In this document: one piece after another, positions 45,801-63,199 of the stretch
Numbering within the stretch: position 1 is the first letter of the stretch
Layout of the letters: each line of letters begins with the position of its first letter
Assembly: GCF_009914755.1 (NCBI RefSeq)
Contig: NC_060939.1
DNA from: the human T2T-CHM13v2.0 reference genome, Homo sapiens
Length of the DNA stretch: 64,000 nucleotides
Reading direction: 5' to 3' (one strand)
The notes under the pieces: model-generated
Database searches by the model: none
What the model was told of the DNA's origin: nothing
The model's input: only the letters and a program-made list of their open reading frames with translations
Program-made: the position numbers and the translations under genes

Positions 45801-46813
45801 AAAACCTACCAAGAGAGGGGCCTGATAAACACCTATGCTTTCTAACGCAACCAGGAAGAACGGCATCACAGAGGTGAACTGCGGGAAAGAGCTTCAACAT
45901 GGAACTTAATACAACACGGTGCCACTGCATCAAACACATCCAGAACACTGCTGAGCTCCTTTTGTGCAGCTGCTACCCAGCTTAGAGTCAACTGAGTGGC
46001 CCAGAAAAATCTCAATGTGAAAAATGGAGTATAATAATTCCAAATTGCTAGAACCCCTAGATACTAAACAAAACCAGCAAAAGTCTTCTTTATATATGTG
46101 TGTCTGTGTGTGCACATGTATGTGTGTGTGCATGTATGTGTGTGAGTGTGTGTATATATATATGAAATACAAGGCCTCAAATTATTTGTAAAAAATCAAT
46201 TTCCAGGTACAATGTCAGACACAGACTCAGGGATAACCAGGCATAACAGGATGTAAAGCATCATGGAAGAACCAACAAAACAAGAATAGGAACAGATCCA
46301 CAGGAAGTTTAAAATCATGCTTGCTGTGATCATAAAGCTAAAGATGCACCTGAAATTTTACAACAGCTAGAAATTATAAAATGTGACCTTAGAGATTTCG
46401 AAAATATAGAGCCCACATGAAATTTTCAATTAAAAGCTGACTGCCTGGCTTATTAGCAGATTTGGCAAACACAAAGAGAAAACTAGCAAACTACAAGAAA
46501 CATGAGAAAAATGGTTTTGAATTAAGCATGGGAAGATGAAAGGATGAGAAGTACAGAAGACAGGGAAGAAACCATAAAGGATAGAGGGAAGTCTAACGTG
46601 TGTAATCAGGGCCCCAGAAGAAAAAGAGAGAGAGAATGATGCAGGAGCAATTATTGAATACATAATAGCTGAGAATGTAGTAAATCTGACTAAAAAGCAA
46701 CAAACCGCAGATGCAAGAACTTTTAAATAGGGTCTGTGAAGGGAGATTATACCTAGGCACATGACACTAAAATGATGAAAACCAAAGAAAATAAACTCTT
46801 AAAGGGAAATTGG

Positions 46814-47583
<770 letters not shown>

Positions 47584-48557
47584 TTAATGTTTAATACTGA
47601 TAGTCAAAGATGCATGTTGTAATCTCTCATGTAACCACCATATTATAGTAAGAAGCATATAATTTCCGAACCAACCAAAGAAAGCATGGTAAACTCAATG
47701 AATCAGAAAGAAGGCAAAAATGGAGAGAAAAAAGAATACATCAGGCAGGACAAATAAAAATAATAAATGGATGCTTCACACTCAAATATACCAGTAGTAA
47801 CTTTAAAAGTGGATCAAGAAAAATATTTTAATGAAAACCCAAAAACTATGTCAGACTGAATTTAAAAACTCAAGACTATATTGACGAGAAGAAAGACCTA
47901 AAGCATGCAGATACTAGAAAAGTGTGAAAAGCTGAAAAAGATATAAATGGCAAAGAGTAACAAAAAGAAAGCTAGCGTGCCTGTATTAATATTAGATAAT
48001 ATAGTATTAAATCAAAAAGCATGTCTCTATATAAAAAGCATTAATTTGAATTAAAAAGTTCAACTCATTTGAAAAATAAAAATGTCTAAATTTATATAAT
48101 CCTAATAGCATAAACTCAAATTATATATTACAAAAATTGACAGAAACAAAGGAGACATAAAACAAATCCACAAACTTGGTAACATTCCTTTCTCAGTATT
48201 TGATAAAACAGTCAAAAAACCAGGAAGTTATATATTTGAGCATCACTATTAATAAACTAACCTAATGGACACGTATAAAACACTGCACACAAGAGCTGTA
48301 GAACACAGTTTTTCAAGTACTCACACAACACTGACAAGTACTGACCATATTCTGTGCCATAAGCAAGTATCAATCAATTTCAAAAAACTAAATTCATATA
48401 GGATTAACTTAAATCAGAATTCACCATAAAAAGAAAATTACTAAAAGTCCCATTTGCTTTGAAATTATGTAATACAATTCTAAATGACCAATTAGTCAAA
48501 GAAAAGAAGTCACGAGAGAAATTAAGAAAAATATTTTTGTAAATGATATTAAACATA

Positions 48558-48784
48558 TAGGTTGAGTATCCCTACTCGGAAACTCCAAAATCCAAAATGC
48601 TTCAAGATCTAAAACTTTTTGTGTGTTGGCATATGACACCCAAAGGAAATGCTCGCTGGAGATTTTCGGATTAGGAATGTTCAGCTGGTAAGTGTAATGC
48701 AAATAATATCCCAAAAATAAAAAAAAATCAGAAATCTGAAAAACTTCTTGTCTTAAGTATTTCAGATAAAGAATATTCAACTTG
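48558..48784. mobile_element. Tigger4a (Zombi/MER46-type) MITE
   Basis: aggttgagtatcccta...aaatccaaaatgc... gataaagaatattcaacttg inverted ends. Confidence 0.7.
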
Positions 48785-49077
48785 GCTGGCTCACGCCTGT
48801 AATCCCTACACTTTGGGAGGCCAAGGCGGGTGGATCAAGTGAGGTCAGGAGTTCGAGGCCAGCCTGGCCAATATGATGAAACCCCATCTCTACTATAACT
48901 ACAAAACATTAGCTGGGCATGGTTGTGGGCTCCTGTAATCCCAGCTACTCAAGGAGGCTGAGTCAAGAGAAACACTTGAACACGGGAGGCGGAGGTTACA
49001 GTGAGCCAAGATCGCACCAACACTCCAGCCTGGGCAACAAGAGCAAAACTCCATCTCAAAAAAAAAAAAAAAAAGAA
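48785..49077 (+). mobile_element. Alu (AluS-like), slightly 5'-truncated
   Basis: TSD aaagaatattcaacttg at 48768-48784 and 49078-49094. Confidence 0.9.
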
Positions 49078-49731
49078 AAAGAATATTCAACTTGTACTAC
49101 GTATCAAAGATTGTGGGATATTGCTTGCTTTCGGGGAAATTAATAGTCTACTTGACTATATTAAGGAATACTAAAAGGAGAAATTAATGAGCTAGGCACA
49201 ACTTGTAAAAAAGAAGACTATACTAAACACAATAGCAGAAAAAATAAATAAAAATAACTAATTAAAAGACAAATCTAGGAAAAAAGTATAAATTATATAA
49301 TAACAGAAATAAAAAAGGGAACATCAGTACAAATCCTACATACATCAACAGGTTAAAAGTGTTATGTGAACAACTGAATGCTAATAAATTTGAAAATTTA
49401 AGTAAAAAAGACGGATTAATAGAAAAATACAAGTTTCTAAAATTTAGAGTAGAAAAAAACCCAGCATATTCTCAATAGTTCTTTAACATTAAGCAAATTG
49501 AAAGGTAGTTTGAATCTTTCTGCAAAAAACACTTCAGATTCAGATGGCTTCACCAGTAAATTTGCCAAAAATGTGAGGAAGAAATAACATTCACTTACAT
49601 AAACTCTTCCAGTAGTGAGAACAAATACTTCTTAATTTATTTTATGAAGCTGGCATGGGCTTTATACTAAAACACAATAAACATATTAAAAAACACAAAA
49701 GTACAAGTCTATCTTATTTAGGCAAAAATTC

Positions 49732-50019
<288 letters not shown>

Positions 50020-50529
50020 AAAAATTCTTAATAAAACATTAGTTTACTAATCCCAGAAATATATAAAAGATAATACATTAGGAAGATGGATATAGCTCAA
50101 GAATTCAAGATTGGTATGGCATTAGAAAAATCAATGTCATTAGATACATTAACACAAAAAGAGAAAAATCATATGATCAACTCAACTAAGCAGAATATGC
50201 ATTTGATTCAACATTTATTCATAATACTTTCTCTTAGCAGGCTACGAATAAAAGAATCATTAGTTTGTAAGGGCTATTCACCAATATCCTAATAAAATAT
50301 CATATATAATGGTACAATGTTCAAATTTTTCCCTTTACACATTGTATCAGGGAAAGAATGTATGATATCACCACTTCCATTTAGAACTGTACTGGAGTCC
50401 TTGCCACTGCAATTAGGTAAGAAAAAAAAAAGTATAATGACTAAAAAGGTAGAAATAATGCTATCATAATTCAAAAATAAAATGACTGTGTAGAAGATCT
50501 AAAATAATCTTAGAAACTTATTAGAATTA

Positions 50530-50865
<336 letters not shown>

Positions 50866-52471
50866 TTAGCAAAGTTTCTGGATACAAGATCACCTACTAT
50901 GTCTCTATAGACTGTATGAACATACATACATATGCATGTATACTATATTTACTACATGTAAACACACACACATTGAATTCATAAGCACACTATTTGTAAT
51001 AAGCTAACAAAATCACTTTGCTAGGAATACATCTAAAAAATGTATAAGATCTCAACACTGAAAACTATAAAGTATTATTAAGAGATTAAAGATGGTGCAA
51101 ATAAGAGAGAAATAGAGGGAACTGTGTTCTGTGTTACATAGATCTGGGGTCAGTGCCTGCTTCCACCAGCCACACTGGAAAAACTAATCATTCATCAGCA
51201 CTGCTAGGGAACTTAGGAAAGTCTTGCCTCAGGAGTGGAGAACAATTAACTCTAGATGAGCACTTCTTTAGATCCTCCTAACAAATCAAATTGTTTTGAG
51301 TAAATTCACTGCAGTCCTGGGCACAACTCAAGAATATTTATAGTCAAATCCAATATCTGGCATCCTATTAAAGATTATCAGGCATGCAAAGAAGAAAGAA
51401 AACTAGGCCCATAATAAAGAGAATAAGTAAGTCAGCTTAATCTAACATAGAAGAGACACAGATGTTAGAATTTGTAGAAAATGACATTAAAGCAGTAATT
51501 ATGCTGGCTTTCCAATGATCAAAAACTTAAGTAGGGACATGGAAGGTAAAAAAGAGACCAAAATTGAACTTCTAGAGATGAAAGCTACAATATCTGAGAC
51601 AAAAAATAAACTGAATGAGATCAACAGCTGCTTAGAACTTACAAAAGAAAAATATAGTGAACTTGAAAAATAGTAACCAAAACTATCCAAACGGAAATAC
51701 TAAGAGAAAAAAGAATCAAAAGAGAGGATTGGTAAGTTGTAAAACAATTTCAAGAAGCCAATATTCTATTACTTAGAATCCCCAAAGATGGGGAAGGGTA
51801 TGAAGAAATATTTGATTAAATAATAACTGAAAAGTTTCCAAACTTAATGAAAACTATAAACCTACAGATCCAAGAATCTCAAACCCCCAAATTATGAAGA
51901 AAATTACAAAGCATATCATGATCAATTTGCTTAAAACTAGTAATTAAAAAAAAAACTTGCAAGCAGCTGTGTTATGTACAAAGGAACACAAATAAGGATA
52001 AGAGCAGATATTTCATTACAAACAATGCAAGCAAGACGACACTGGAGCAACATCTTTAAAGCACCAAAGTGTAAAATACTGTCAACCTAGAATTCTATAC
52101 CCAGTAAAGATATTTTTCAAAATAAAAAAGGAGGGTGTAAAATAAAGATGTTTGCACATATACAAAAGCTGAAAAAAAATTCCTCACCCACAGATCCATA
52201 CCAGAAAAAAATGATAAAGGAAGCCATTCAGGCAAAAGGAAATTATCAATTGGAAATATGGATCTACACAAAAGAATGAAGAGCACAGGAAAAGGCAACT
52301 GTTTGTTTGTTTGTTTTGTTATTTGACAGCCAGTTCATCCTTAAGCTCTAGGTGATTTTAGTGCTCTTTTTATGAGCATGGGTAAGTAAGACTTTTTCTT
52401 ATTACATAAATCTCTGTAATATATAAGCAAAATGTATCATAAAAATAACATTCGTTTACAACATATATATA

Positions 52472-52495
52472 TGATGATGATGATGATGATGATGA
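52472..52495 (+). repeat. (GAT)n microsatellite next to a (TA)n run
   Basis: Read directly. Confidence 0.85.
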
Positions 52496-53329
52496 CAGTA
52501 CAAAGTCTGGAAGGAGAGAAATGGAAGGATACCATTGCAAAGTTCCTTTACTATATGTGAACTGAAATAATATCACTGAAAGGATAGATCAGGATGAATT
52601 AAAGATGTATCCAACAAACCTTGAAGTAACCTCTAATGAAAAGGTATAGCTAATGGGAGAAAAAAGAAGCAGAAAAAGAAGAAAAGGGTCACAAAGAGAA
52701 GATGGGAAAACAACTAGCAAGATGATAGGCTTAAATCTAACCATGTCATTAATCACATTAAATGCAAAGCTTTACACATTTCAATTAAAAGGCAGACTCG
52801 TTTTTAAAAAAATTAGCAAAAGACTCAATTTCTTGCTGTCTAAAAAAATGCACTTTAAATACAAGATGCAAATATGTTATATAAGGTTATGCTGTAACTA
52901 GTCAAAAGAAAGCTAAAATGGCTATATTGCTATCAGACAAAGTAAGTTTCAAAGCAGAGAATATTGCCAGGGATTTATAAAAGGGCCAAAATGCCCCTGA
53001 CAACAAAGCTTCAAAGTAAATGAAGCAAAACTGATAGATCTGCAAAGAGAAATACACATATCTGCATTACGTTCAGAGGTTCAGTAGCCCTTTACAATAA
53101 TTCCTAGAAAAAATGGCATAAAATTAGCAAGAACACAGAAGACTTGAATAACATCATCAACCAGTGTTACCTGTTTGACATCTATAAAATACTCCACCTA
53201 AAAACAGCAGAATGCACGTTATTCTCAAAAGCACATAGAGCATTTAGCAAGATAGACCATGTTTTAGGTCCTAAAAGAAGTGTCAACAAGTTTACCATAA
53301 CTCACATTATAAAAAATATTTCCCATTTG

Positions 53330-54290
53330 TCTGGGTAATAATTTTTTTGATTTGACCCCGAAAGGACAGGCAACAAAAACAAAAATACACAAGTTTGGTA
53401 ATATCAAACTTAAAAGCTCCTGCACAGCAAAAGAACAATTAACAGTGTGCAGAGACAACCTGCGAATTGGGAGAAAATATCTGCAAGCCATATATCCATT
53501 ATTGCAAGCTATTATTGATTAATAATGGATTAATATCCAAAGTATACAAGGAGCTCAAAAACCCAATAACAAGAAAACAAAAAATCAAATTAAAGAATAG
53601 GCAAGGGATCTGAATAAACATTGCTTAGAAGAAGACATACAAATGGCCAAAAGACATATGAAAAAATGCTCAACATCACTAGTCATTAGGAAAATGCAAA
53701 TTAGAACCACAATGAGATTTGCTATCCTACCTGTCAGAATAGTTATTACCAAAAAGATAAAAGATATCAAATGTTGATGAGGATGTGAACAAAGGGAACA
53801 CTCATATGCTGTTGATGGAAATATAAATTAGGGCAGCTGTTATGGAAAACTATATGGAGGTTCCCCCAAAACTAAAAATAGAATTACCATATGAACCAAC
53901 ATCTCACTTCTGGGTATTTATGCAAAAGATTTGAAATCAGTTTGCCAAAGAGATGTCTGCACTCCCATGTTCATTGAAGCATTATTTACAATAATGGAAT
54001 CAACCCAAGTGTCCATCAACAGATGAATGAAGAAAATGTGGTATAGATACACAATGAAATACTATTCAGCTTTAAAAAGAAGGAAATTCTGTCATTTGCA
54101 ACAACATGGATGGAACTAGACAACATTTTGCTAAGTAAAATAAGCCAGGCACAGAGACAAATATTTCATATACTCACTTATATGTGGAATCTAAAGCAAC
54201 CAAACTCAGAAGCAGAGAGTGGAATTGTGGTTACAGAGGCTGGGAGTTGGGAGAGATGGGGAGATGATGGTCAAAGGGTACAACATCTCA
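53330..54290 (+). mobile_element. L1MA-type 3' ORF2 end and 3' UTR
   Basis: caaacttaaaagctcctgcacagcaaaaga...aaatgctcaacatcactagtcattaggaaaatgcaaa, typical L1 3' sequence. Confidence 0.85.
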
Positions 54291-54294
54291 GGTA

Positions 54295-55266
54295 GACCAC
54301 ACTGTTTTGATTCCTGTAGTCTTGTAGTACATTTTGGAGTCAAGATATGTGAATCTTCCAACTTCATTCTTCTCTTTCAAGATTGTTTTGGCTATATGGG
54401 GAGCCTTGTAACTCTACATAAATTTGAGGATTGCCTTTTTTATTTCTGCAAAAATTCATTAGGGTTTTGACAGATAGCGCATTGTATCAGTAGACTGCTT
54501 TGAGTAGTATGGCATCCTAACACTATGAAATTTGCCTATCCATGAACATAGGATGTCTTTTCATTTATTTAAGTCCTTTAAAATTTTTTTCAGCAACGTT
54601 TTATAGTTTTCAGTATATGTGTCTTTCACCTCCTTGCTTAAATTTCTTCCAGGTATTTTATTATTCTACATGCTGTTTTCTCTAATTGTTTATTTTATTT
54701 TGCGATTTTTGTTGTAAACTAATCATTTATAATTGTATAAATTTATGGGGTATAAAGTAATGGTATAATTTGTGAATACAATATAGAATAACTAAATTAA
54801 GCTAGTTAACATATCTATCACTCCAAGTACCTGACGATTTTGTGGTAAGAACGTTTGAAATTTACCCTCTAGGTAATTTTGAAATGTATAATATTCCATT
54901 ACTAACTATATTCAGCACACTGTACAACAGAACTCAAAAAATATGTATTTATTCCTCCTGTCTGAGATTTTGCTCCCTTTGACCATCATCTATCTTCCTA
55001 TCTCCCCCATCCCCCAGCCTCTGTAACCACAGTTCACTCTCAGCTTCTGAGTATGATTGCTTTGCATTCCACATATAAGTGAGTACATGAGATACTTGTC
55101 TTTCTGTGCCTGGCTTATTTTACTTAACATAATGTTGTCTAACTCCATCCATGTTTTTGCAAATGACAGAATTTCCTTCTTTTTAAAGCTGAATAGTATT
55201 TCATTGTGTGTGTATACCACGTTTTCTTTATTCATTCATCTGTTGATGGACACTTAGGTTGATTCC
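54295..55266 (-). mobile_element. Reverse L1 fragments: ORF2 piece (about 54295-54680) and L1MA-type 3' UTR (about 54690-55266)
   Basis: Reverse complement matches L1 ORF2 and 3' UTR text; the 3' UTR is homologous to 53996-54290. Confidence 0.8.
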
Positions 55267-55547
55267 CTGAGACCCCCTGAGGAACACAGGAAAAGGCACC
55301 CCTAACTGCACCCCCCCACAAGTCACTCTTAAGGGCTGTAATTTTTGCTCCATTTTTCAAGACTTCTTGTGCTTAGTTCCATAAAACATTTGAGTCAAGC
55401 TCCCAAGAATATGGCTGGACAGAAGTGTACATTGTCCCCCACCTGTGGCTAGCATAAATAAAGGGCTGCAGTTTCTATCTATATAATCACATATATGTTA
55501 TATATATCATATATAGTTATATATATGATATATGTTATATATATATA

Positions 55548-59461
<3,914 letters not shown>

Positions 59462-59566
59462 TGTTAGATATGAGTTCTAAATTTCTTTTCAAAGAATTAA
59501 TGTCAGTATGTTCAATTCTTTGCCTTCTACTTCTAAACTTAACTTCCTCGTAAAGCAACCTTTTTT

Positions 59567-62500
59567 GATCACCTGCTCCACCCTAACTCATTCCGACCAC
59601 CTGCTCCACCCTAACTCATTCCGACCACCTGCTCCACCCTAACTCATTCCGACCACCTGCTCCACCCTAACTCATTCCGACCACCTGCTCCACCCTAACT
59701 CATTCCGATCACCTGCTCCACCCTAACTCATTCCGATCACCTGCTCCACCCTAACTCATTCCGACCACCTGCTCCACCCTCATTCCGACCACCTGCTCCA
59801 CCCTAACTCATTCCGATCACCTGCTCCACCCTAACTCATTCCGATCACCTGCTCCACCCTCATTCCGACCACCTGCTCCACCCTAACTCATTCCGATCAC
59901 CTGCTCCACCCTAACTCATTCCGATCACCTGCTCCACCCTCATTCCGACCACCTGCTCCACCCTAACTCATTCCGACCACCTGCTCCACCCTAACTCATT
60001 CCGACCACCTGCTCCACCCTAACTCATTCCGACCACCTGCTCCACCCTAACTCATTCGATCACCTGCTCCACCCTAACTCATTCCGATCACCTGCTCCAC
60101 CCTAACTCATTCGATCACCTGCTCCACCCTAACTCATTCCGACCACCTGCTCCACCCTCATTCCGACCACCTGCTCCACCCTAACTCATTCCGACCACCT
60201 GCTCCACCCTAACTCATTCCGACCACCTGCTCCACCCTAACTCATTCCGACCACCTGCTCCACCCTAACTCATTCCGATCACCTGCTCCACCCTAACTCA
60301 TTCCGACCACCTGCTCCACCCTAACTCATTCCGACCACCTGCTCCACCCTAACTCATTCCGACCACCTGCTCCACCCTAACTCATTCCGATCACCTGCTC
60401 CACCCTAACTCATTCCGATCACCTGCTCCACCCTCATTCCGACCACCTGCTCCACCCTAACTCATTCCGACCACCTGCTCCACCCTAACTCATTCCGACC
60501 ACCTGCTCCACCCTAACTCATTCCGACCACCTGCTCCACCCTAACTCATTCCGACCACCTGCTCCACCCTAACTCATTCCGACCACCTGCTCCACCCTAA
60601 CTCATTCCGATCACCTGCTCCACCCTAACTCATTCCGACCACCTGCTCCACCCTAACTCATTCCGACCACCTGCTCCACCCTAACTCATTCCGACCACCT
60701 GCTCCACCCTAACTCATTCCGATCACCTGCTCCACCCTAACTCATTCCGATCACCTGCTCCACCCTCATTCCGACCACCTGCTCCACCCTAACTCATTCC
60801 GACCACCTGCTCCACCCTAACTCATTCCGACCACCTGCTCCACCCTAACTCATTCCGACCACCTGCTCCACCCTAACTCATTCGATCACCTGCTCCACCC
60901 TAACTCATTCCGATCACCTGCTCCACCCTAACTCATTCGATCACCTGCTCCACCCTAACTCATTCCGACCACCTGCTCCACCCTAACTCATTCCGATCAC
61001 CTGCTCCACCCTCATTCCGACCACCTGCTCCACCCTAACTCATTCCGACCACCTGCTCCACCCTAACTCATTCCGACCACCTGCTCCACCCTAACTCATT
61101 CCGACCACCTGCTCCACCCTAACTCATTCCGATCACCTGCTCCACCCTAACTCATTCCGACCACCTGCTCCACCCTAACTCATTCCGACCACCTGCTCCA
61201 CCCTAACTCATTCCGACCACCTGCTCCACCCTAACTCATTCCGACCACCTGCTCCACCCTAACTCATTCCGACCACCTGCTCCACCCTCATTCCGACCAC
61301 CTGCTCCACCCTAACTCATTCCGACCACCTGCTCCACCCTAACTCATTCCGACCACCTGCTCCACCCTAACTCATTCCGACCACCTGCTCCACCCTAACT
61401 CATTCCGACCACCTGCTCCACCCTAACTCATTCCGACCACCTGCTCCACCCTAACTCATTCCGACCACCTGCTCCACCCTAACTCATTCGATCACCTGCT
61501 CCACCCTAACTCATTCCGATCACCTGCTCCACCCTAACTCATTCCGACCACCTGCTCCACCCTAACTCATTCCTATCACCTGCTCCACCCTCATTCCGAC
61601 CACCTGCTCCACCCTAACTCATTCCGACCACCTGCTCCACCCTAACTCATTCCTATCACCTGCTCCACCCTCATTCCGACCACCTGCTCCACCCTAACTC
61701 ATTCCGACCACCTGCTCCACCCTAACTCATTCCGATCACCTGCTCCACCCTCATTCCGATCACCTGCTCCACCCTCATTCCGACCACCTGCTCCACCCTA
61801 ACTCATTCCGACCACCTGCTCCACCCTAACTCATTCCGACCACCTGCTCCACCCTCATTCCGACCACCTGCTCCACCCTAACTCATTCCGACCACCTGCT
61901 CCACCCTAACTCATTCCGACCACCTGCTCCACCCTCATTCCGACCACCTGCTCCACCCTTACTCATTCTGATCACCTGCTCCACCCTAACTCATTCCGAC
62001 CACCTGCTCCACCCTAACTCATTCCGACCACCTGCTCCACCCTAACTCATTCCTATCACCTGCTCCACCCTAACTCATTCCGACCACCTGCTCCACCCTA
62101 ACTCATTCCGACCACCTGCTCCACCCTAACTCATTCCGACCACCTGCTCCACCCTAACTCATTCGATCACCTGCTCCACCCTAACTCATTCCGATCACCT
62201 GCTCCACCCTAACTCATTCGATCACCTGCTCCACCCTAACTCATTCCGACCACCTGCTCCACCCTAACTCATTCCGATCACCTGCTCCACCCTCATTCCG
62301 ACCACCTGCTCCACCCTAACTCATTCCGACCACCTGCTCCACCCTAACTCATTCCGACCACCTGCTCCACCCTAACTCATTCGATCACCTGCTCCACCCT
62401 AACTCATTCCGATCACCTGCTCCACCCTAACTCATTCGATCACCTGCTCCACCCTAACTCATTCCGACCACCTGCTCCACCCTAACTCATTCCGACCACC

Positions 62501-63160
62501 TGCTCCACCCTAACTCATTCCGACCACCTGCTCCACCCTAACTCATTCCGACCACCTGCTCCACCCTAACTCATTCCCACCACCTGCTCCACCCTAACTC
62601 ATTCCGACCACCTGCTCCACCCTAACTCATTCCGACCACCTGCTCCACCCTAACTCATTCCGATCACCTGCTCCACCCTAACTCATTCCTATCACCTGCT
62701 CCACCCTAACTCATTCCTATCACCTGCTCCACCCTAACTCATTCCTATCACCTGCTCCACCCTAACTCATTCCGATCACCTGCTCCACCCTAACTCATTC
62801 CGACCACCTGCTCCACCCTAACTCATTCCGACCACCTGCTCCACCCTAACTCATTCCGATCACCTGCTCCACCCTCATTCCGATCACCTGCTCCACCCTC
62901 ATTCCGACCACCTGCTCCACCCTAACTCATTCCGACCACCTGCTCCACCCTAACTCATTCCGACCACCTGCTCCACCCTCATTCCGACCACCTGCTCCAC
63001 CCTAACTCATTCCGACCACCTGCTCCACCCTAACTCATTCCGACCACCTGCTCCACCCTAACTCATTCCGATCACCTGCTCCACCCTCATTCCGACCACC
63101 TGCTCCACCCTTACTCATTCTGATCACCTGCTCCACCCTAACTCATTCTGATCACCTGCT
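59567..63160 (+). repeat. 28-bp VNTR GA(C/T)CACCTGCTCCACCCTAACTCATTCC, about 131 units
   Basis: Parsed by hand: about 86 GACC-type, 39 GATC-type and 6 TATC-type units. About 19 lack AACT (24 bp), several lack one C (27 bp), and 2 carry TTACTCATTCT. Confidence 0.98.
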
Positions 63161-63199
63161 ATCTGCTCTCCCCTGACTCCCGCCAAAGCACTTACCCTG

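Noticed and set aside
59567-63160. CRISPR-like array or protein-coding repeat
   Set aside because: Units are directly adjacent with no unique spacers and no cas genes, in human DNA. TAA, TAG and TGA rotate through the frames, so there is no long ORF.
59567-63160. Interstitial telomere or shelterin-binding site
   Set aside because: Only one TTAGGG per 28 bp, followed by TGG. It lacks the tandem TTAGGGTTA context needed by TRF1/TRF2 and POT1.
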